A DNA stretch of 64,000 bases from Gammaproteobacteria bacterium (GCA_037381915.1 JARRQJ010000003.1:71794-135793), one strand, 5' to 3'. Counted from the stretch's first letter, positions 21,499-32,943 are shown. Numbers and translations: made by a program. Notes: generated by a model not told the origin, from the letters alone.

Positions 21499-22407
21499 TC
21501 AACCCTCTTCCTCATCATAACCCAGTTGACGCAAGAGGCGCTCGTCCTCGGACCATGATTCCTTGACTCGTACCCAGGTTTTCAAAAAGACCTTGGCGCC
21601 AAAGACATGCTCCATAGTGATTCGGGCGCGCTGCCCAACCTCCTTGAGTACCGCGCCCCCTTTGCCAATGACGATGGCCTTCTGCCCCTCCTTTTCCACC
21701 CAGATCACGGCGTGAATATGCAAGACGCCGTCCTGCTTCGAGAAGCTTTCGATCTGCACGGTGACGGCGTAGGGCAATTCATCACTCAGGCGTCGCATGA
21801 GTTTTTCCCTCACGATCTCCGCGGCGAGAAAACGCTCGCTGCGATCCGTCACCTGATCTTCTGGAAAGAACGCCGCGCCCTCCGGCAACAAGCCCAGCAC
21901 CACCGTCTCAAGGCGTTCGATATTATCGCCCTCCCGCGCCGACAAGGGAATGACCGCCGCATATTCCCGTTTCTGCGCGACCTCCTGGAGGAACGGCAGC
22001 AAGGCGGTTTTGTCCTCCACCTTGTCCACCTTGTTGACCACCAGCACCACCGGCACCGCGGTACCGGCGAGCGCCGCCAGGATATCCTGGTCCTCGTCGG
22101 TCCACCGCAGGGCTTCGATGACCCACAACACCGCGTCCACATCGACCAGCGCCGATTTGGCGGCACGATTCATATAGCGGTTGATGGCACTCCTGCCGGC
22201 CCGGTGCAAGCCCGGGGTATCCACATAAATCACCTGTCCCGCGGCGGAAGTCTTGATTCCCAGTATCTTGTGGCGGGTAGTCTGCGGGCGGGATGAAGTG
22301 ATGGTGAGCTTTTGCCCGACAATACGATTGAGCAACGTGGATTTACCCACATTGGGCCGACCGACAATCGCCGCGAAACCGCTGCGGAATTTCACACCTT
22401 CAGCCAT
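21499..22407 (-). CDS. era: GTPase Era
   Basis: 302 aa; FRSGFAAIVGRPNVGKSTLLN (G1), DTPG, C-terminal KH domain. Confidence 0.9.
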   Translation of the reverse strand: MAEGVKFRSGFAAIVGRPNVGKSTLLNRIVGQKLTITSSRPQTTRHKILGIKTSAAGQVIYVDTPGLHRAGRSAINRYMNRAAKSALVDVDAVLWVIEALRWTDEDQDILAALAGTAVPVVLVVNKVDKVEDKTALLPFLQEVAQKREYAAVIPLSAREGDNIERLETVVLGLLPEGAAFFPEDQVTDRSERFLAAEIVREKLMRRLSDELPYAVTVQIESFSKQDGVLHIHAVIWVEKEGQKAIVIGKGGAVLKEVGQRARITMEHVFGAKVFLKTWVRVKESWSEDERLLRQLGYDEEEG

Positions 22408-22430
22408 TTTCGATCGCCCCGGGGATCCCG

Positions 22431-23117
22431 TTATTCTTCTGTCTCATCGCCCAACGCGGCCAAGGCCCGCAGCGCCGCCCCCTGCTCCGCGGCACGACGA
22501 TTGGCGCCGCTTCCCTGCGTCCGGATGTCGGCAGCGGCAACGCTGCATTCCACCTGAAAAAGCTGGTTGTGCGCATCCCCCGCCGCGGATAACACCCGAT
22601 ATTCAGGCAAAGGCAAGCCTCGCCCCTGTAAAAACTCCTGCAGGCGGGTTTTGGGATCTTTACTCCCTTGTTCCAAGCTCAGAGAAGCCAATCTCTCTCG
22701 ATAAATCGCGTTGATAAAACCGCGCGCCTGTTCAAAACCGCCGTCGAGAAAGACGGCGCCGATCACCGCCTCCAAGGCCCCCGCCAAAATCGAGTCACGG
22801 CGGAAACCGCCGCTCTTGCGCTCCCCAGGCCCCAGATGCAGGAAGTCACCGAGATGAAACGTCCGCGCTACCGCCGCCAGGGTGGCGCCCTTGACCAGGT
22901 GCGCCCGCAGACGGCTCAACTGGCCTTCGTCCGCCTTGGGAAACCGTTGGTAGAGCAATTGAGCAGCGACAAAATTCAGCACGCCGTCGCCGAGGAATTC
23001 CAAACGTTCATTATTGGCCTTAGCGAAACTGCGATGCGTCAATGCGGTTTCCAACAGCTCCCGCCGCGAAAATTGATACCCCAGCAGCTCCTGCAATCTC
23101 TCGTAGGATCGGCTCAA
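22431..23117 (-). CDS. rnc: Ribonuclease III
   Basis: 228 aa; RNase III signature ERLEFLGDGVL and a dsRBD at the C-terminus. Confidence 0.9.
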   Translation of the reverse strand: MSRSYERLQELLGYQFSRRELLETALTHRSFAKANNERLEFLGDGVLNFVAAQLLYQRFPKADEGQLSRLRAHLVKGATLAAVARTFHLGDFLHLGPGERKSGGFRRDSILAGALEAVIGAVFLDGGFEQARGFINAIYRERLASLSLEQGSKDPKTRLQEFLQGRGLPLPEYRVLSAAGDAHNQLFQVECSVAAADIRTQGSGANRRAAEQGAALRALAALGDETEE

Positions 23118-23470
23118 GGCATTCCCAGTTCGGCGCGATCGTCCGAAAACCGCGCCACCAGATCGATATTGTAGAACAAATTCACCCTCGCCTCGTAGCT
23201 TACATCGACCACCAGCTTCCCACCCTCCCGGGTGACTTTAATATCATTCCTGTTAACGTGCTTCACATCATTGATGATCAAGCGCTTCATCAATAGCTGT
23301 TTGACTTCCATGGGTGATAAAACCGAATCTTTGCCTTTGGTATCATCGGCCAGGGAGGTCAGGGAGGATTTTACCTTGAAGTGTTCCATGTACACGGGGA
23401 AGACTTTGATGCCTATGAGGGCGACAAAGGCGATGGCGACCAACATGATCACCGTCCCTATAAACGTCAT
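23114..23470 (-). CDS. DUF4845-like small membrane-anchored protein conserved between lepB and rnc
   Basis: About 118 aa from Met MTFIGTVIML (one N-terminal TM helix); this position between lepB and rnc is conserved in many gammaproteobacteria (recalled). Confidence 0.5.
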   Translation of the reverse strand: MTFIGTVIMLVAIAFVALIGIKVFPVYMEHFKVKSSLTSLADDTKGKDSVLSPMEVKQLLMKRLIINDVKHVNRNDIKVTREGGKLVVDVSYEARVNLFYNIDLVARFSDDRAELGMP

Positions 23471-23527
23471 CCCAGCCTGGCGGCTTCTCGGGGTAAAGCT
23501 GTGCATCGGTTTCCTCCTGCGAATACG

Positions 23528-24238
23528 CTAATGAATCACCTTTCCAAGCCGGTTCCAAGTAATTCCACCGTTCGAGACATTCCAGTTCATCCAGATCAGA
23601 AAGGCCTTGCCGACCAAATCCTTTTCCGGCACAAAACCCCAAGCGCGGCTGTCGTTACTGTTATCCCGGTTATCCCCCATCATGAAGTAGCTGTGGGGGG
23701 GCGTAAAGGGACCCACGAAGCGCTGATCGGCCTTCACGCCGTTGATGTACACGGTCTTATTGTGATAGGCGATGTGATCGCCCGGCAAGCCGACGACGCG
23801 CTTGATGTAATCAGTGGAAGGATCCTCGGGATAACGAAACACTACCACGTCACCGCGATGCGGCTCGCCAATGTTCAGAATTTTCTCATTTATAATCGGG
23901 AGCCGTATCCCATAGGCGAATTTGTTGACCAGGATGAAATCGCCGGTCCATAGCGTCGGGATCATCGATCCGGAGGGAATGCGGAACGGCTCCACCAGGA
24001 ATGAGCGCAGGCAGAACACCGCCAGTATCACCGGGAAAAACGAGCGCGCGTACTCGACCACTACCGGCTCCTTGCCGAGCCGCAAACGGGTCTCGTCATC
24101 CAGTTGCCCCCCCGCGGCGGCGGCGGCCGACGCTACCGCTTCACGGCGGCGCGGCGCCCAAAGCACCGCATCGATCGCCCAGATGATCCCGCAAATAACC
24201 AGAGCGACCACCATAATGGTTGCAAAATCGTACGTCAT
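23528..24238 (-). CDS. lepB: Signal peptidase I
   Basis: 236 aa; catalytic Ser box IPSGSM and GDNRDNSNDSRAWGFV box E. Confidence 0.9.
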   Translation of the reverse strand: MTYDFATIMVVALVICGIIWAIDAVLWAPRRREAVASAAAAAGGQLDDETRLRLGKEPVVVEYARSFFPVILAVFCLRSFLVEPFRIPSGSMIPTLWTGDFILVNKFAYGIRLPIINEKILNIGEPHRGDVVVFRYPEDPSTDYIKRVVGLPGDHIAYHNKTVYINGVKADQRFVGPFTPPHSYFMMGDNRDNSNDSRAWGFVPEKDLVGKAFLIWMNWNVSNGGITWNRLGKVIH

Positions 24239-26032
24239 TTATTTCTTTCCTACTTGTAGAACTGCCATGAATGCCTCCTGCGGTATCTCCACCGAACCCA
24301 GCTGCTTCATGCGCTTTTTGCCGGCCTTTTGCTTTTCGAGCAACTTGCGCTTACGAGTAATGTCCCCCCCATAGCACTTGGCGGTGACGTTTTTACGCAT
24401 TGCCTTCACGGTTTCCCGGGCGATGATCTTGGAACCGATCGCGGCCTGGATAGCCACGTCGAACATCTGTCTGGGGATTACCTCCCGCAGCCTTTCCACG
24501 AGATCCCGCCCTCGCTGGTTGCTGTTCGCACGATGCACGATTATGGACAGCGCGTCCACCCGTTCGTTGTTGATCAAAATGTCGAGCTTGACCAGATCCG
24601 CCGCTGCGAAGCGGTCAAAGCTGTAATCCATGGAAGCGTAACCGCGGCTGACAGACTTGAGGCGGTCGAAGAAGTCCATTACCACCTCGGCCATGGGCAT
24701 CTCATAGGTCAGCGCCACGTGATTGCCGTGAAATTGCATCTTTTTCTGGATACCGCGGCGTTCTTCGCACAAAGTGATCACGGCACCCAGATGGGTCTGC
24801 GGCACGAGAATGTTCGTAGTGATGATCGGCTCCCGCATCTCCTCGACATCCCCAAGGGGAGGGAGTTTGGCGGGATTGTCGACGTGCAGTACCTCGCCCT
24901 GTTTAGTCAGCAATTCATACACCACCGTAGGCGCGGTGATGATGAGATCCAAATCATATTCGCGCTCGAGGCGTTCCTGGATAATCTCCATGTGCAACAT
25001 GCCGAGGAATCCGCAGCGGAACCCGAATCCCAGCGCCTGTGACACCTCCGGCTCATAGAACAGCGAGGAATCGTTGAGACGCAGCTTGCCCAGGGCGTCG
25101 CGTAGATCCTCGTAGTCTTCGGCACTGATGGGGAACAGCCCGGCGAAAACCTGGGGTTGCACCTTCTTGAATCCCGCCAAGGGCGCGGCGGCGGGGTGGC
25201 TGGTGTGGGTGAAGGTGTCGCCCACCGGCGCCCCATCCACCTCTTTGATTCCGGCGATCACGTAGCCCACTTCGCCGGCGCTGAGACGCCCGGTATCCAG
25301 GCGCTTGGGGGTAAAGATCCCGACCTTGTCCGCGAAATAATGACGCCCGGTGGACATCACGGTAAGCTTGTCCTTGGCCTTCAAGCCCCCCTGCATCACT
25401 CGCACCAACGACACCACGCCGAGATAGTTGTCGAACCAGGAATCAATGATCAAGGCCTGCAAGGGCGCCGCATCGTCGCCCTGGGGAGGAGGAATGCGCC
25501 TGATCAATTCCTCCAGCAAGTTCTCTACCCCCATTCCGGTCTTGGCGCTTACCTGCACCGCGTCATGCGCCTCGATGCCGATGATATCTTCTATCTCCGT
25601 GGATACCCTTTCGACGTCGGCGGTGGGCAGATCGATCTTGTTCAACACCGGCACCACCTCGAGCCCCTGTTCGATGGCGGTATAGCAATTGGCCACGGTT
25701 TGCGCCTCCACGCCCTGCGTGGCATCGACCACCAGCAAGGCCCCTTCACAGGCGGCGAGTGAACGTGACACTTCGTAGGAAAAGTCCACGTGACCGGGGG
25801 TATCAATGAAGTTCAGCAGATAACCGTGCCCGTCCCTGGCCTGATAACGTAACGACACGCATTGCGCCTTGATGGTGATACCGCGCTCCCTCTCCAGCTC
25901 CATGGAATCCAGGACTTGATTGGCCATTTCGCGCGCACTCAAGCCGCCGCATATCTGAATAAGGCGATCAGCCAGGGTGGATTTCCCGTGGTCTATGTGG
26001 GCGATAATGGAAAAATTGCGAATGTGCTTCAT
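24239..26032 (-). CDS. lepA: Elongation factor 4
   Basis: ATG at 26032 ([23 protein letters not shown]); GTPase motifs; canonical LepA C-terminus. Confidence 0.95.
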   Translation of the reverse strand: MKHIRNFSIIAHIDHGKSTLADRLIQICGGLSAREMANQVLDSMELERERGITIKAQCVSLRYQARDGHGYLLNFIDTPGHVDFSYEVSRSLAACEGALLVVDATQGVEAQTVANCYTAIEQGLEVVPVLNKIDLPTADVERVSTEIEDIIGIEAHDAVQVSAKTGMGVENLLEELIRRIPPPQGDDAAPLQALIIDSWFDNYLGVVSLVRVMQGGLKAKDKLTVMSTGRHYFADKVGIFTPKRLDTGRLSAGEVGYVIAGIKEVDGAPVGDTFTHTSHPAAAPLAGFKKVQPQVFAGLFPISAEDYEDLRDALGKLRLNDSSLFYEPEVSQALGFGFRCGFLGMLHMEIIQERLEREYDLDLIITAPTVVYELLTKQGEVLHVDNPAKLPPLGDVEEMREPIITTNILVPQTHLGAVITLCEERRGIQKKMQFHGNHVALTYEMPMAEVVMDFFDRLKSVSRGYASMDYSFDRFAAADLVKLDILINNERVDALSIIVHRANSNQRGRDLVERLREVIPRQMFDVAIQAAIGSKIIARETVKAMRKNVTAKCYGGDITRKRKLLEKQKAGKKRMKQLGSVEIPQEAFMAVLQVGKK

Positions 26033-26141
26033 TGATTGGAAACCGGAAAATCCGGACACTTGGACCGCCAAAGCTGGCCAGTGTACCGGATTTTTCGGCT
26101 TTCCAGAATCTCCGCGCCGTTAATATGCGCATTCGCGCCGT

Positions 26142-27575
26142 TTAGTCATCCTTGTCCGGCATCTTCAGCGCCAGGAACATGGGGCCGGGACCGCGCTGCA
26201 CCAGCATCGGTACCGATTTGCCCTTGGGCAGCTCCTTCACCAATTTGCGAAACTGGCTGACATTCTTCACATCCTCATTATTGAGCATAAGAATGATATC
26301 GCCTTGGCGCAGGCCGGCCGCCCGCGCCGGACCGTTATGGACTTTATCCACATAGATCCCGCTATTCTTGTTGTCCAGGCTCTTGCGCTGATCGGGTGTC
26401 AGCTCCTTTACCACCGCGCCCAGACGGTTATCGCGGATCCCTTCGCTCCCGCCGCTACTGGCCTGCTTGATCTCGTCCTCGGGCGGCAGTTTGCCGATCC
26501 TGATCTTTACCGTCTTCGCCTTACCGTTACGCAGAATCTTCACCGTCGCCACTTGCCCCACCTGCATCTGCCCCACGATAGGCGGCAGAGAAGCGGAATT
26601 GTCGATCTGCTTATTGTTGAAGGACAGGATCACATCGCCCACTTCGATGCCCGCCTTTTCCGCGGGGCTCCCGGGCAATACCTGCGCCACCAAGGCTCCG
26701 CCGGGCCGTTCCATGCCGAAGGACTCGGCCAGATCCTGGGTAACGTCTTGAATCAACACGCCTAACCAACCGCGGGTAACGCTGCCCTTGGTCTTTAGCT
26801 GATTGACGACGTCCATCGCCAAATTGATGGGTATAGTGAACGACAGGCCCATGAAACCGCCGGTACGGCTGTAGATCTGCGAATTGATGCCCACCACCTT
26901 GCCGTCCATGTTGAACAGCGGACCGCCGGAATTTCCGGGATTGATCGCCACATCGGTTTGAATGAACGGGACGTAATTTTCATTGGGCAGACTTCGTCCC
27001 AGGGCGCTGACGATGCCGGCCGTCACCGAATGATCGAAATCAAAGGGAGAACCGATGGCCAGCACCCACTCTCCCACCTTCAATTTTGACGAGTCGCCGA
27101 TCTCGACCGTCGGCAGGTTCTTGGCATCGATCTTGAGCACGGCCACATCGCTGCGTTCATCCGCACCCACCACTTTCGCCTTGAATTCCTGGCGATCGTT
27201 AAGGCGTACGATGATCTTGTCCGCGTCCTTGATCACGTGATCATTGGTGAGAACATAGCCGTCGGAGGAGATGATGAATCCCGAACCCAGGGACTGTGTA
27301 CTGAACTCGTCTTCATCCCCGCCATCGCCCGGGTCACCGAAGAAGCGCCGAAAGAAATCATCGGGCGGGGGCGAACCGTTCGGTCCTTGCGGCATGCCCT
27401 GAGGAAAACGTGGATGCCCTTTTACGGTTTGGGAGGTGCTGATATTCACCACCGCCGGGCTGGTCTTGGTCACGATATTGGTGAAATCGGGCAACTCCCG
27501 CGCCTGAACCTGATAGAAGGCGAACATTGCCGATACGGCGACAAACCATGTGGAGAACGCTTTACGATTTATCAT
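26142..27575 (-). CDS. Periplasmic serine endoprotease DegP/MucD (HtrA family) with two PDZ domains
   Basis: 477 aa; signal peptide; catalytic GNSGGPL; two PDZ-like segments; sits downstream of rseABC as mucD does. Confidence 0.9.
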   Translation of the reverse strand: MINRKAFSTWFVAVSAMFAFYQVQARELPDFTNIVTKTSPAVVNISTSQTVKGHPRFPQGMPQGPNGSPPPDDFFRRFFGDPGDGGDEDEFSTQSLGSGFIISSDGYVLTNDHVIKDADKIIVRLNDRQEFKAKVVGADERSDVAVLKIDAKNLPTVEIGDSSKLKVGEWVLAIGSPFDFDHSVTAGIVSALGRSLPNENYVPFIQTDVAINPGNSGGPLFNMDGKVVGINSQIYSRTGGFMGLSFTIPINLAMDVVNQLKTKGSVTRGWLGVLIQDVTQDLAESFGMERPGGALVAQVLPGSPAEKAGIEVGDVILSFNNKQIDNSASLPPIVGQMQVGQVATVKILRNGKAKTVKIRIGKLPPEDEIKQASSGGSEGIRDNRLGAVVKELTPDQRKSLDNKNSGIYVDKVHNGPARAAGLRQGDIILMLNNEDVKNVSQFRKLVKELPKGKSVPMLVQRGPGPMFLALKMPDKDD

Positions 27576-27643
27576 CTGTATTCCATTTCATATAGTACAA
27601 AAATGCCTGCAAAGATCGGGTGATACTCCACTAGCTCCGGGTT

Positions 27644-28117
27644 TCATCCACAACCAGGGACATAGTCGGCGGCCCTGTGCAGGATCAAGGGCTGATAGCG
27701 GCGATCATCACGAATGCGCCGGCTGTGGCGCTTGAGCCATATTAGACCGACGACCAAACCCACCGCCCCTCCCAGGACGCCCGCTAGATCCAACGCGGCG
27801 GATCCCAGCCGCGGCGACATCACGGTCTCGCCCAACAAGGCGAAACCCAGCATAAACAGGATAGGCATCATATAAGCGGCAAATGAACCGCGCACCAAGG
27901 CCCGTTCATCTATCCCTATCACCACGCAGTCGCCAATGGACACGTTCCCGTTACGCGTGACTTTCAATTGCGGGGAATCAAACCCAAATGCCTTGGCAAA
28001 CAAACCCGCCCCGCAACCCTCGCTTCTTGCGCAGGCGCCGCAGGCACTCTGTCGTCGCGTTTCCACCCATGCGGAATCGCCCTCAAGCGCCACCACCGTC
28101 GCGATCTGCTCTATCAT
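27644..28117 (-). CDS. rseC: RseC/MucC family sigma-E regulatory membrane protein
   Basis: 157 aa; N-terminal Cys cluster CGACARSEGCG followed by two TM helices; sits in the rseABC position. Confidence 0.7.
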   Translation of the reverse strand: MIEQIATVVALEGDSAWVETRRQSACGACARSEGCGAGLFAKAFGFDSPQLKVTRNGNVSIGDCVVIGIDERALVRGSFAAYMMPILFMLGFALLGETVMSPRLGSAALDLAGVLGGAVGLVVGLIWLKRHSRRIRDDRRYQPLILHRAADYVPGCG

Positions 28118-29176
28118 CTAGTGTCCGGCCGTCGAGAGTCTTAAGGACTTGCCGATCAATCTGACCGTCGCCAAGGGTACCTCCCCTACCACGGTCAACT
28201 GATGATTATTGACTACGGCACCGTAGGCATTCACCGCCCCCACGTGGGAGACCCCGTTAAATGGTCTGGCGTGCCGCCCCAGTTGTTCGACGAACACCGA
28301 TACCGTCGCCATGCCGTCGGTGAGCACCAACTGTTCGACCGGGCCGCGCTTGGCGCGCTTGTGTTGATAACGCTCCACCAATGAGAAGCCGCTCGGCATG
28401 TTCATAATCCTCCAACGCACATCGGCCACAGGCATGGTATTGGGCTTGCTCATTTTTAAGGCCTTGCGCATTTTATCGCTCATAGTCACGGCCTGAACCA
28501 TCTTCGGCGTGGGTTTGTCCACGACATTGAGCGAGGTGAACATGAATTGTTCGACCGCGTTGCCGCGCCCGTTGACCAGATCGGACTGCAACAGCAATCC
28601 CGTCTTTTCGTCCACCCATATGCGGTATCCGTAGCGGTAATTGTCTTTGGGTTCGATAACGACCATCTGGGCGCTACGCCCCGCGATCCGATCCTTGTCG
28701 CCCATGAGCAGATGATAGTTCTTTTCCAAATCCTGCATGCCGCCCGCGAGCTGCGCCGGAAAATTTCTTGTCAGGCTTCCCTTGTTGATGGTGATACGCC
28801 TTTGACCCGGCGTGAGGCATACCACCCCTTCTTTGCTTCTGAAGAACTCGCGCGGTACGCCGCTCACGGAACTCAGACGTTCCCGTTCACCCATCCCATC
28901 CACGACGTGCACAAGATGCATGGTCACCAGCTGATCATCGCGGCGAAAGATAAATGTGCCTTCATAACTGACTGCCTTCGCCGATGATGAGATCTTGTCC
29001 AACCATACCTTCGCCTCTTTCGCCGATTCATCAGCAGCGGCCGCCCTCGCCTGCTCGGCGAACAGCCCGAGTACCGTCAGCAACCCAAAGGTACAGACCC
29101 ACAGCGCCATGCGATAGCTGTGCGCGGCGTTGACTGACCGATTTGGTAAAGTATTAGTGCCCGCGATATCTGACAT
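28118..29176 (-). CDS. rseB: Sigma-E factor regulatory protein RseB/MucB
   Basis: 352 aa; signal peptide; periplasmic RseB-like sequence; conserved position. Confidence 0.8.
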   Translation of the reverse strand: MSDIAGTNTLPNRSVNAAHSYRMALWVCTFGLLTVLGLFAEQARAAAADESAKEAKVWLDKISSSAKAVSYEGTFIFRRDDQLVTMHLVHVVDGMGERERLSSVSGVPREFFRSKEGVVCLTPGQRRITINKGSLTRNFPAQLAGGMQDLEKNYHLLMGDKDRIAGRSAQMVVIEPKDNYRYGYRIWVDEKTGLLLQSDLVNGRGNAVEQFMFTSLNVVDKPTPKMVQAVTMSDKMRKALKMSKPNTMPVADVRWRIMNMPSGFSLVERYQHKRAKRGPVEQLVLTDGMATVSVFVEQLGRHARPFNGVSHVGAVNAYGAVVNNHQLTVVGEVPLATVRLIGKSLRLSTAGH

Positions 29177-29266
29177 CAGGGTATCAAATCGTCTGCGTGT
29201 ACCGCGGCGGCGGCAAGTTGGGGCTGATCTCTATTTAGCATAATGATGCTCAGCCGGATTCAGGAT

Positions 29267-29896
29267 TTAATGGCCGTCACTGGGCAAGGTACCCGCTTGA
29301 ATGGGTTCGGAACGCTCATACCCCACAATCCTCACTTGAGGAAGCACGCTATTGTGTATCCCGTCTACTGCGGAATATTGATCGTGATTGATCAGGTAAT
29401 CGTTGAGTTTGGACGCCAGCTCGGGTTGCTCAACGTCCCATTGTCTACCGTGCACATTGGTGTAGGAAACCGTCGTCGGCGGAGCACTGACCGTGGTAAT
29501 CGCGTTCGGCACCGACGCGGAGTTCGAAGCCAAGGCCGGCACTTGCTCGGTACCCGTTTGGGTATTCCAGCCTAGACCGATAAAGACCACCGCCGCCACC
29601 GATGCGGCAAGGGCGAAACCGATGGTGGGTCTGAGATAAGCGGGGGTATTGAAGCTGCGGCGCGGCGGCGTGGAAAGCAGGGGCTCGGATTCTAAGGCCA
29701 GGGATATTCGATCTACAAAATCTTCGGGAAGTCTATCGGGGAGGTTGTTCTTCAAGGCGTCGCTGATGAGGTGATAATGTCTCCAACACAATTGGCTGGT
29801 CGCATCGTGCTTGAGCCCGTCCACCAGGCTGTCGACCTCCTCATGCGTAATTTCACCATCCACTAAAGCCGAGATATTTTCAAGATTATTTGCCAT
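29267..29896 (-). CDS. rseA: Anti-sigma-E factor RseA/MucA
   Basis: Start at MANNLENISALVDGEITHEEVDSLV (RseA N-terminal sigma-binding domain); single central TM helix. Confidence 0.75.
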   Translation of the reverse strand: MANNLENISALVDGEITHEEVDSLVDGLKHDATSQLCWRHYHLISDALKNNLPDRLPEDFVDRISLALESEPLLSTPPRRSFNTPAYLRPTIGFALAASVAAVVFIGLGWNTQTGTEQVPALASNSASVPNAITTVSAPPTTVSYTNVHGRQWDVEQPELASKLNDYLINHDQYSAVDGIHNSVLPQVRIVGYERSEPIQAGTLPSDGH

Positions 29897-29935
29897 ATAC
29901 CTTCCCCGCAAAAAGTGCCCAAATACTTAAATCAA

Positions 29936-30511
29936 TCATGCCAGCAGCGGCTTGAGTTTATTATGTATAGCTTCACGCGCCCTGAAGATACGGGATCGCA
30001 CGGTGCCGATCGGACATCCCATGGCGTCCGCAATTTCTTCATAACTTAAGCCTTCGAGTTCCCGAAGCGTAATCGCCGTACGCAAGTCCTCCGGCAATTG
30101 TTCAATGACCTCGAATACCGTCCTTTCAATCTCGTCTTTCAACAGCAGGCGCTCGGGAGTAGCATTATCTCTCAACTCCGATGCCCCTTCATATTGCTCG
30201 GCAACCTCGATTTCCACGTCCGAGTCGGGCAGACGGCGGCCTTGGGCAACGAGGTAATTCTTGGCGGTATTGATGGCGATTCGATACAACCAAGTGTAAA
30301 AAGCGCTCTCCCCGCGAAACCTGGGAAGGGCCCGGTATGCCTTGATAAAGGCATCCTGCGCTACGTCCAATACCTCTGCCTGATCGCGGATATAGCGCGA
30401 AATAAGTTTGACAATCTTGTGCTGATATTTGGCTACCAGAATGTCAAAAGCCTTTTTATCACCTCTCTGAACGCGCTCAACTAAGAGCTGGTCGACGTTT
30501 TGCTCGCCCAT
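29936..30511 (-). CDS. rpoE: ECF RNA polymerase sigma factor sigma-E (RpoE/AlgU)
   Basis: 191 aa; almost canonical RpoE (DQLLVERVQRGDKKAFDILV..RYRALPRFRGESAFYTWLYRIA). Confidence 0.9.
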   Translation of the reverse strand: MGEQNVDQLLVERVQRGDKKAFDILVAKYQHKIVKLISRYIRDQAEVLDVAQDAFIKAYRALPRFRGESAFYTWLYRIAINTAKNYLVAQGRRLPDSDVEIEVAEQYEGASELRDNATPERLLLKDEIERTVFEVIEQLPEDLRTAITLRELEGLSYEEIADAMGCPIGTVRSRIFRAREAIHNKLKPLLA

Positions 30512-30839
30512 TTCGGGCCTGCCCCTTCTTCACTGAGGAGTAAATCCCTTTACTCGGAAACAATAGACAATGTCGGATAATATTAGTTCTCTATTAGTTC
30601 CCTAATAGTTAGCATTACCCAGCACCAATATTAGTAATTTCTAATTTACCGCCCCGGTGCGGAAAGATTTTTTCCGCCAAGACCCAGGCGTCAAACCCTC
30701 GCTGCGGGCGAATGGCTCTGCAGTAGCTGGACGGGTATAACTTCCAGCTATATGCTGCATACATCAGCTAAGCCGGCTTGGCCGAACTATAAAGTATCCA
30801 TTATGACTATAAAAGACCTCTGAGCCAACACGCATTTTT

Positions 30840-32435
30840 ATGGAACAGGATTATTATGATCTCCTGCTGATCGGGGGAGGAGCGGCTGGCCTTAGCCTAG
30901 CCTTACATCTCGCCCCCCATATCCGGATAGCCCTCATCACCAAAGGCCCGCTACCGGAAGGGGCCACCTATTACGCCCAGGGAGGGATCTCCGCGGTTTG
31001 GGACCAGGCCGACTCGCTGGAGTCTCATATCGAGGACACCCTCAACGCCGGTGCCGGCCTGTGCGACGAGGCCGTCGTCCGCTTTACCGTAGAACACGCC
31101 CGGGAGGCCATCCAATGGCTGGCAAGCCAGGGTGTCCCCTTTACCGTGGAGACTCGTCCGGACGGCAGTATCGATTACCACCTGACCCGGGAGGGCGGGC
31201 ATAGCCACCGGCGTGTACTCCACGCCGCCGATACCACCGGCCGCGCCATCGAGTCCACCTTGGAGTCGCAGGTTCGCCGCCATCCCAATATTGAATTGAT
31301 GGAGCACCATATTGCCATTGACCTGATTACCGGCAAAAAGTTGGGGCGGGCGCCCAACCGCTGCTGGGGGGCCTATGTCCTCGACCGTTCCACCGCGCGT
31401 GTTAAAACCCTGCGCGCCAAGTGCGTCGTGTTGGCCACCGGCGGCGCCGGGAAGGTGTACATCTACTCGAGTAATCCCGACGTATGCACCGGCGACGGCA
31501 TCGCCATGGCCTGGCGCGCGGGTTGCCGGGTGGCCAACATGGAATTCATCCAGTTTCACCCCACCTGCCTTTACCACCCCAAGGCCAAATTCTTTCTCAT
31601 TTCCGAGGCGGTACGCGGTGAAGGCGGTCGCATCCTGCTGCCGGACGGCACACCTTTCCTCGACAAGTTCGACCCGCGCGCCGAGCTGGCGCCGCGCGAC
31701 GTGGTCGCGCGTGCCATCGATCATGAAATGAAGCGCCTGGGGGCCGAATATGTCTACCTGGATATCAGCCACAAACCGGCTGACTTCATCACCAGCCGCT
31801 TCCCGACTATTTATAAGCGCTGTCTGGAATTCGGTTTCGATATGACCAAGGAACCTCTCCCGGTGGTGCCGGCGACCCACTATACTTGCGGCGGAGTGAT
31901 GATCGATCTACACGGCCGCACCGATCTGCCGGGGCTGTACGCAATAGGTGAAACCGCCCATACCGGGCTGCATGGAGCCAACCGCATGGCGAGCAATTCT
32001 CTGCTGGAATGCCTAGTGTTCGGCCAAGCGGCGGCGGAACACGTCAAGACCAGCCTGACGGATATTCCCCCTCCGCCTGCCATCCCGGAATGGGACGAGA
32101 GCCGGGTCACCGATTCCGACGAGGAGGTCGTGGTGGCGCATAACTGGGAGGAACTGCGGCGCTTCATGTGGGATTACGTCGGGATCGTGCGCAGCGACAA
32201 ACGCCTCCAACGCGCCAAACACCGCATCGATCTCCTGCTCCAGGAAATCGACGACTATTACGGCCACTTCCGCGTCACCAATGATTTGATCGAGCTGCGC
32301 AACCTGGCCCTGGTGGCGGACCTCATCATTCGCTCCGCCATGCTGCGCAAGGAAAGCCGCGGTTTGCACTACACCCTTGACTATCCCACCCCGGACGACA
32401 GCAAGCCGCCGCAAAATACCATGTTGAGCCCCTAA
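30840..32435 (+). CDS. nadB: L-aspartate oxidase
   Basis: 531 aa; FAD-binding [10 protein letters not shown]; fumarate reductase/succinate dehydrogenase flavoprotein fold; divergent from rpoE as in E. coli. Confidence 0.95.
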   Translation: MEQDYYDLLLIGGGAAGLSLALHLAPHIRIALITKGPLPEGATYYAQGGISAVWDQADSLESHIEDTLNAGAGLCDEAVVRFTVEHAREAIQWLASQGVPFTVETRPDGSIDYHLTREGGHSHRRVLHAADTTGRAIESTLESQVRRHPNIELMEHHIAIDLITGKKLGRAPNRCWGAYVLDRSTARVKTLRAKCVVLATGGAGKVYIYSSNPDVCTGDGIAMAWRAGCRVANMEFIQFHPTCLYHPKAKFFLISEAVRGEGGRILLPDGTPFLDKFDPRAELAPRDVVARAIDHEMKRLGAEYVYLDISHKPADFITSRFPTIYKRCLEFGFDMTKEPLPVVPATHYTCGGVMIDLHGRTDLPGLYAIGETAHTGLHGANRMASNSLLECLVFGQAAAEHVKTSLTDIPPPPAIPEWDESRVTDSDEEVVVAHNWEELRRFMWDYVGIVRSDKRLQRAKHRIDLLLQEIDDYYGHFRVTNDLIELRNLALVADLIIRSAMLRKESRGLHYTLDYPTPDDSKPPQNTMLSP

Positions 32436-32496
32436 CACGGGCGGTACGAACACGCCGAGCCGATGCCTGCACAGCGCGCAGCCGGCTCCCCCGCAG

Positions 32497-32943
32497 TCAA
32501 GCCTCTCCCTGCAGCTGCCGCAACTTCATCCGCAAGCGGCGATGACTGTCGGAGTCCAGACTATCCCAAGGCAGGACCGCCGAGTACCGATGCTTATCCT
32601 CCGCGATAAATCGCAGAACCACCAACATGGGATGGATATAAGCATTGGGCAGCAAATCCACCCTGCGACTCACATGATCGCCGCCGCAGAGCTCCCAGCT
32701 GTTTCTCCCGTCCCACACCAGCCGTTTCACCGCAAGCGGTGATGACAAGCGCGCATAGCGCCGCCAGCTGACCAACCAGTGGGCCGATACCGCAACGGCG
32801 ACGGGCAATTTAATCCACCATGTCACGGGCAACGGCGGCAACACCAGCAAGGCCAGACCATGCACAATCATCAAGACGATTGATAGGCAGCGGGAAGGCC
32901 GGCACTCAAGCCGCAGTGGGGCTGCGTAGGCGGACGACCACAT
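32497..32943 (-). CDS. YgfX/CptA-like inner-membrane protein
   Basis: 148 aa with two hydrophobic helices; lies immediately downstream of sdhE as ygfX does in enterobacteria; sequence similarity weak, so the call rests mainly on synteny. Confidence 0.4.
   Translation of the reverse strand: MWSSAYAAPLRLECRPSRCLSIVLMIVHGLALLVLPPLPVTWWIKLPVAVAVSAHWLVSWRRYARLSSPLAVKRLVWDGRNSWELCGGDHVSRRVDLLPNAYIHPMLVVLRFIAEDKHRYSAVLPWDSLDSDSHRRLRMKLRQLQGEA

Noticed and set aside
30951-31880. 309-aa minus-strand ORF inside nadB
   Set aside because: Antisense to nadB, which has clear FAD-binding motifs; artefact of high GC.
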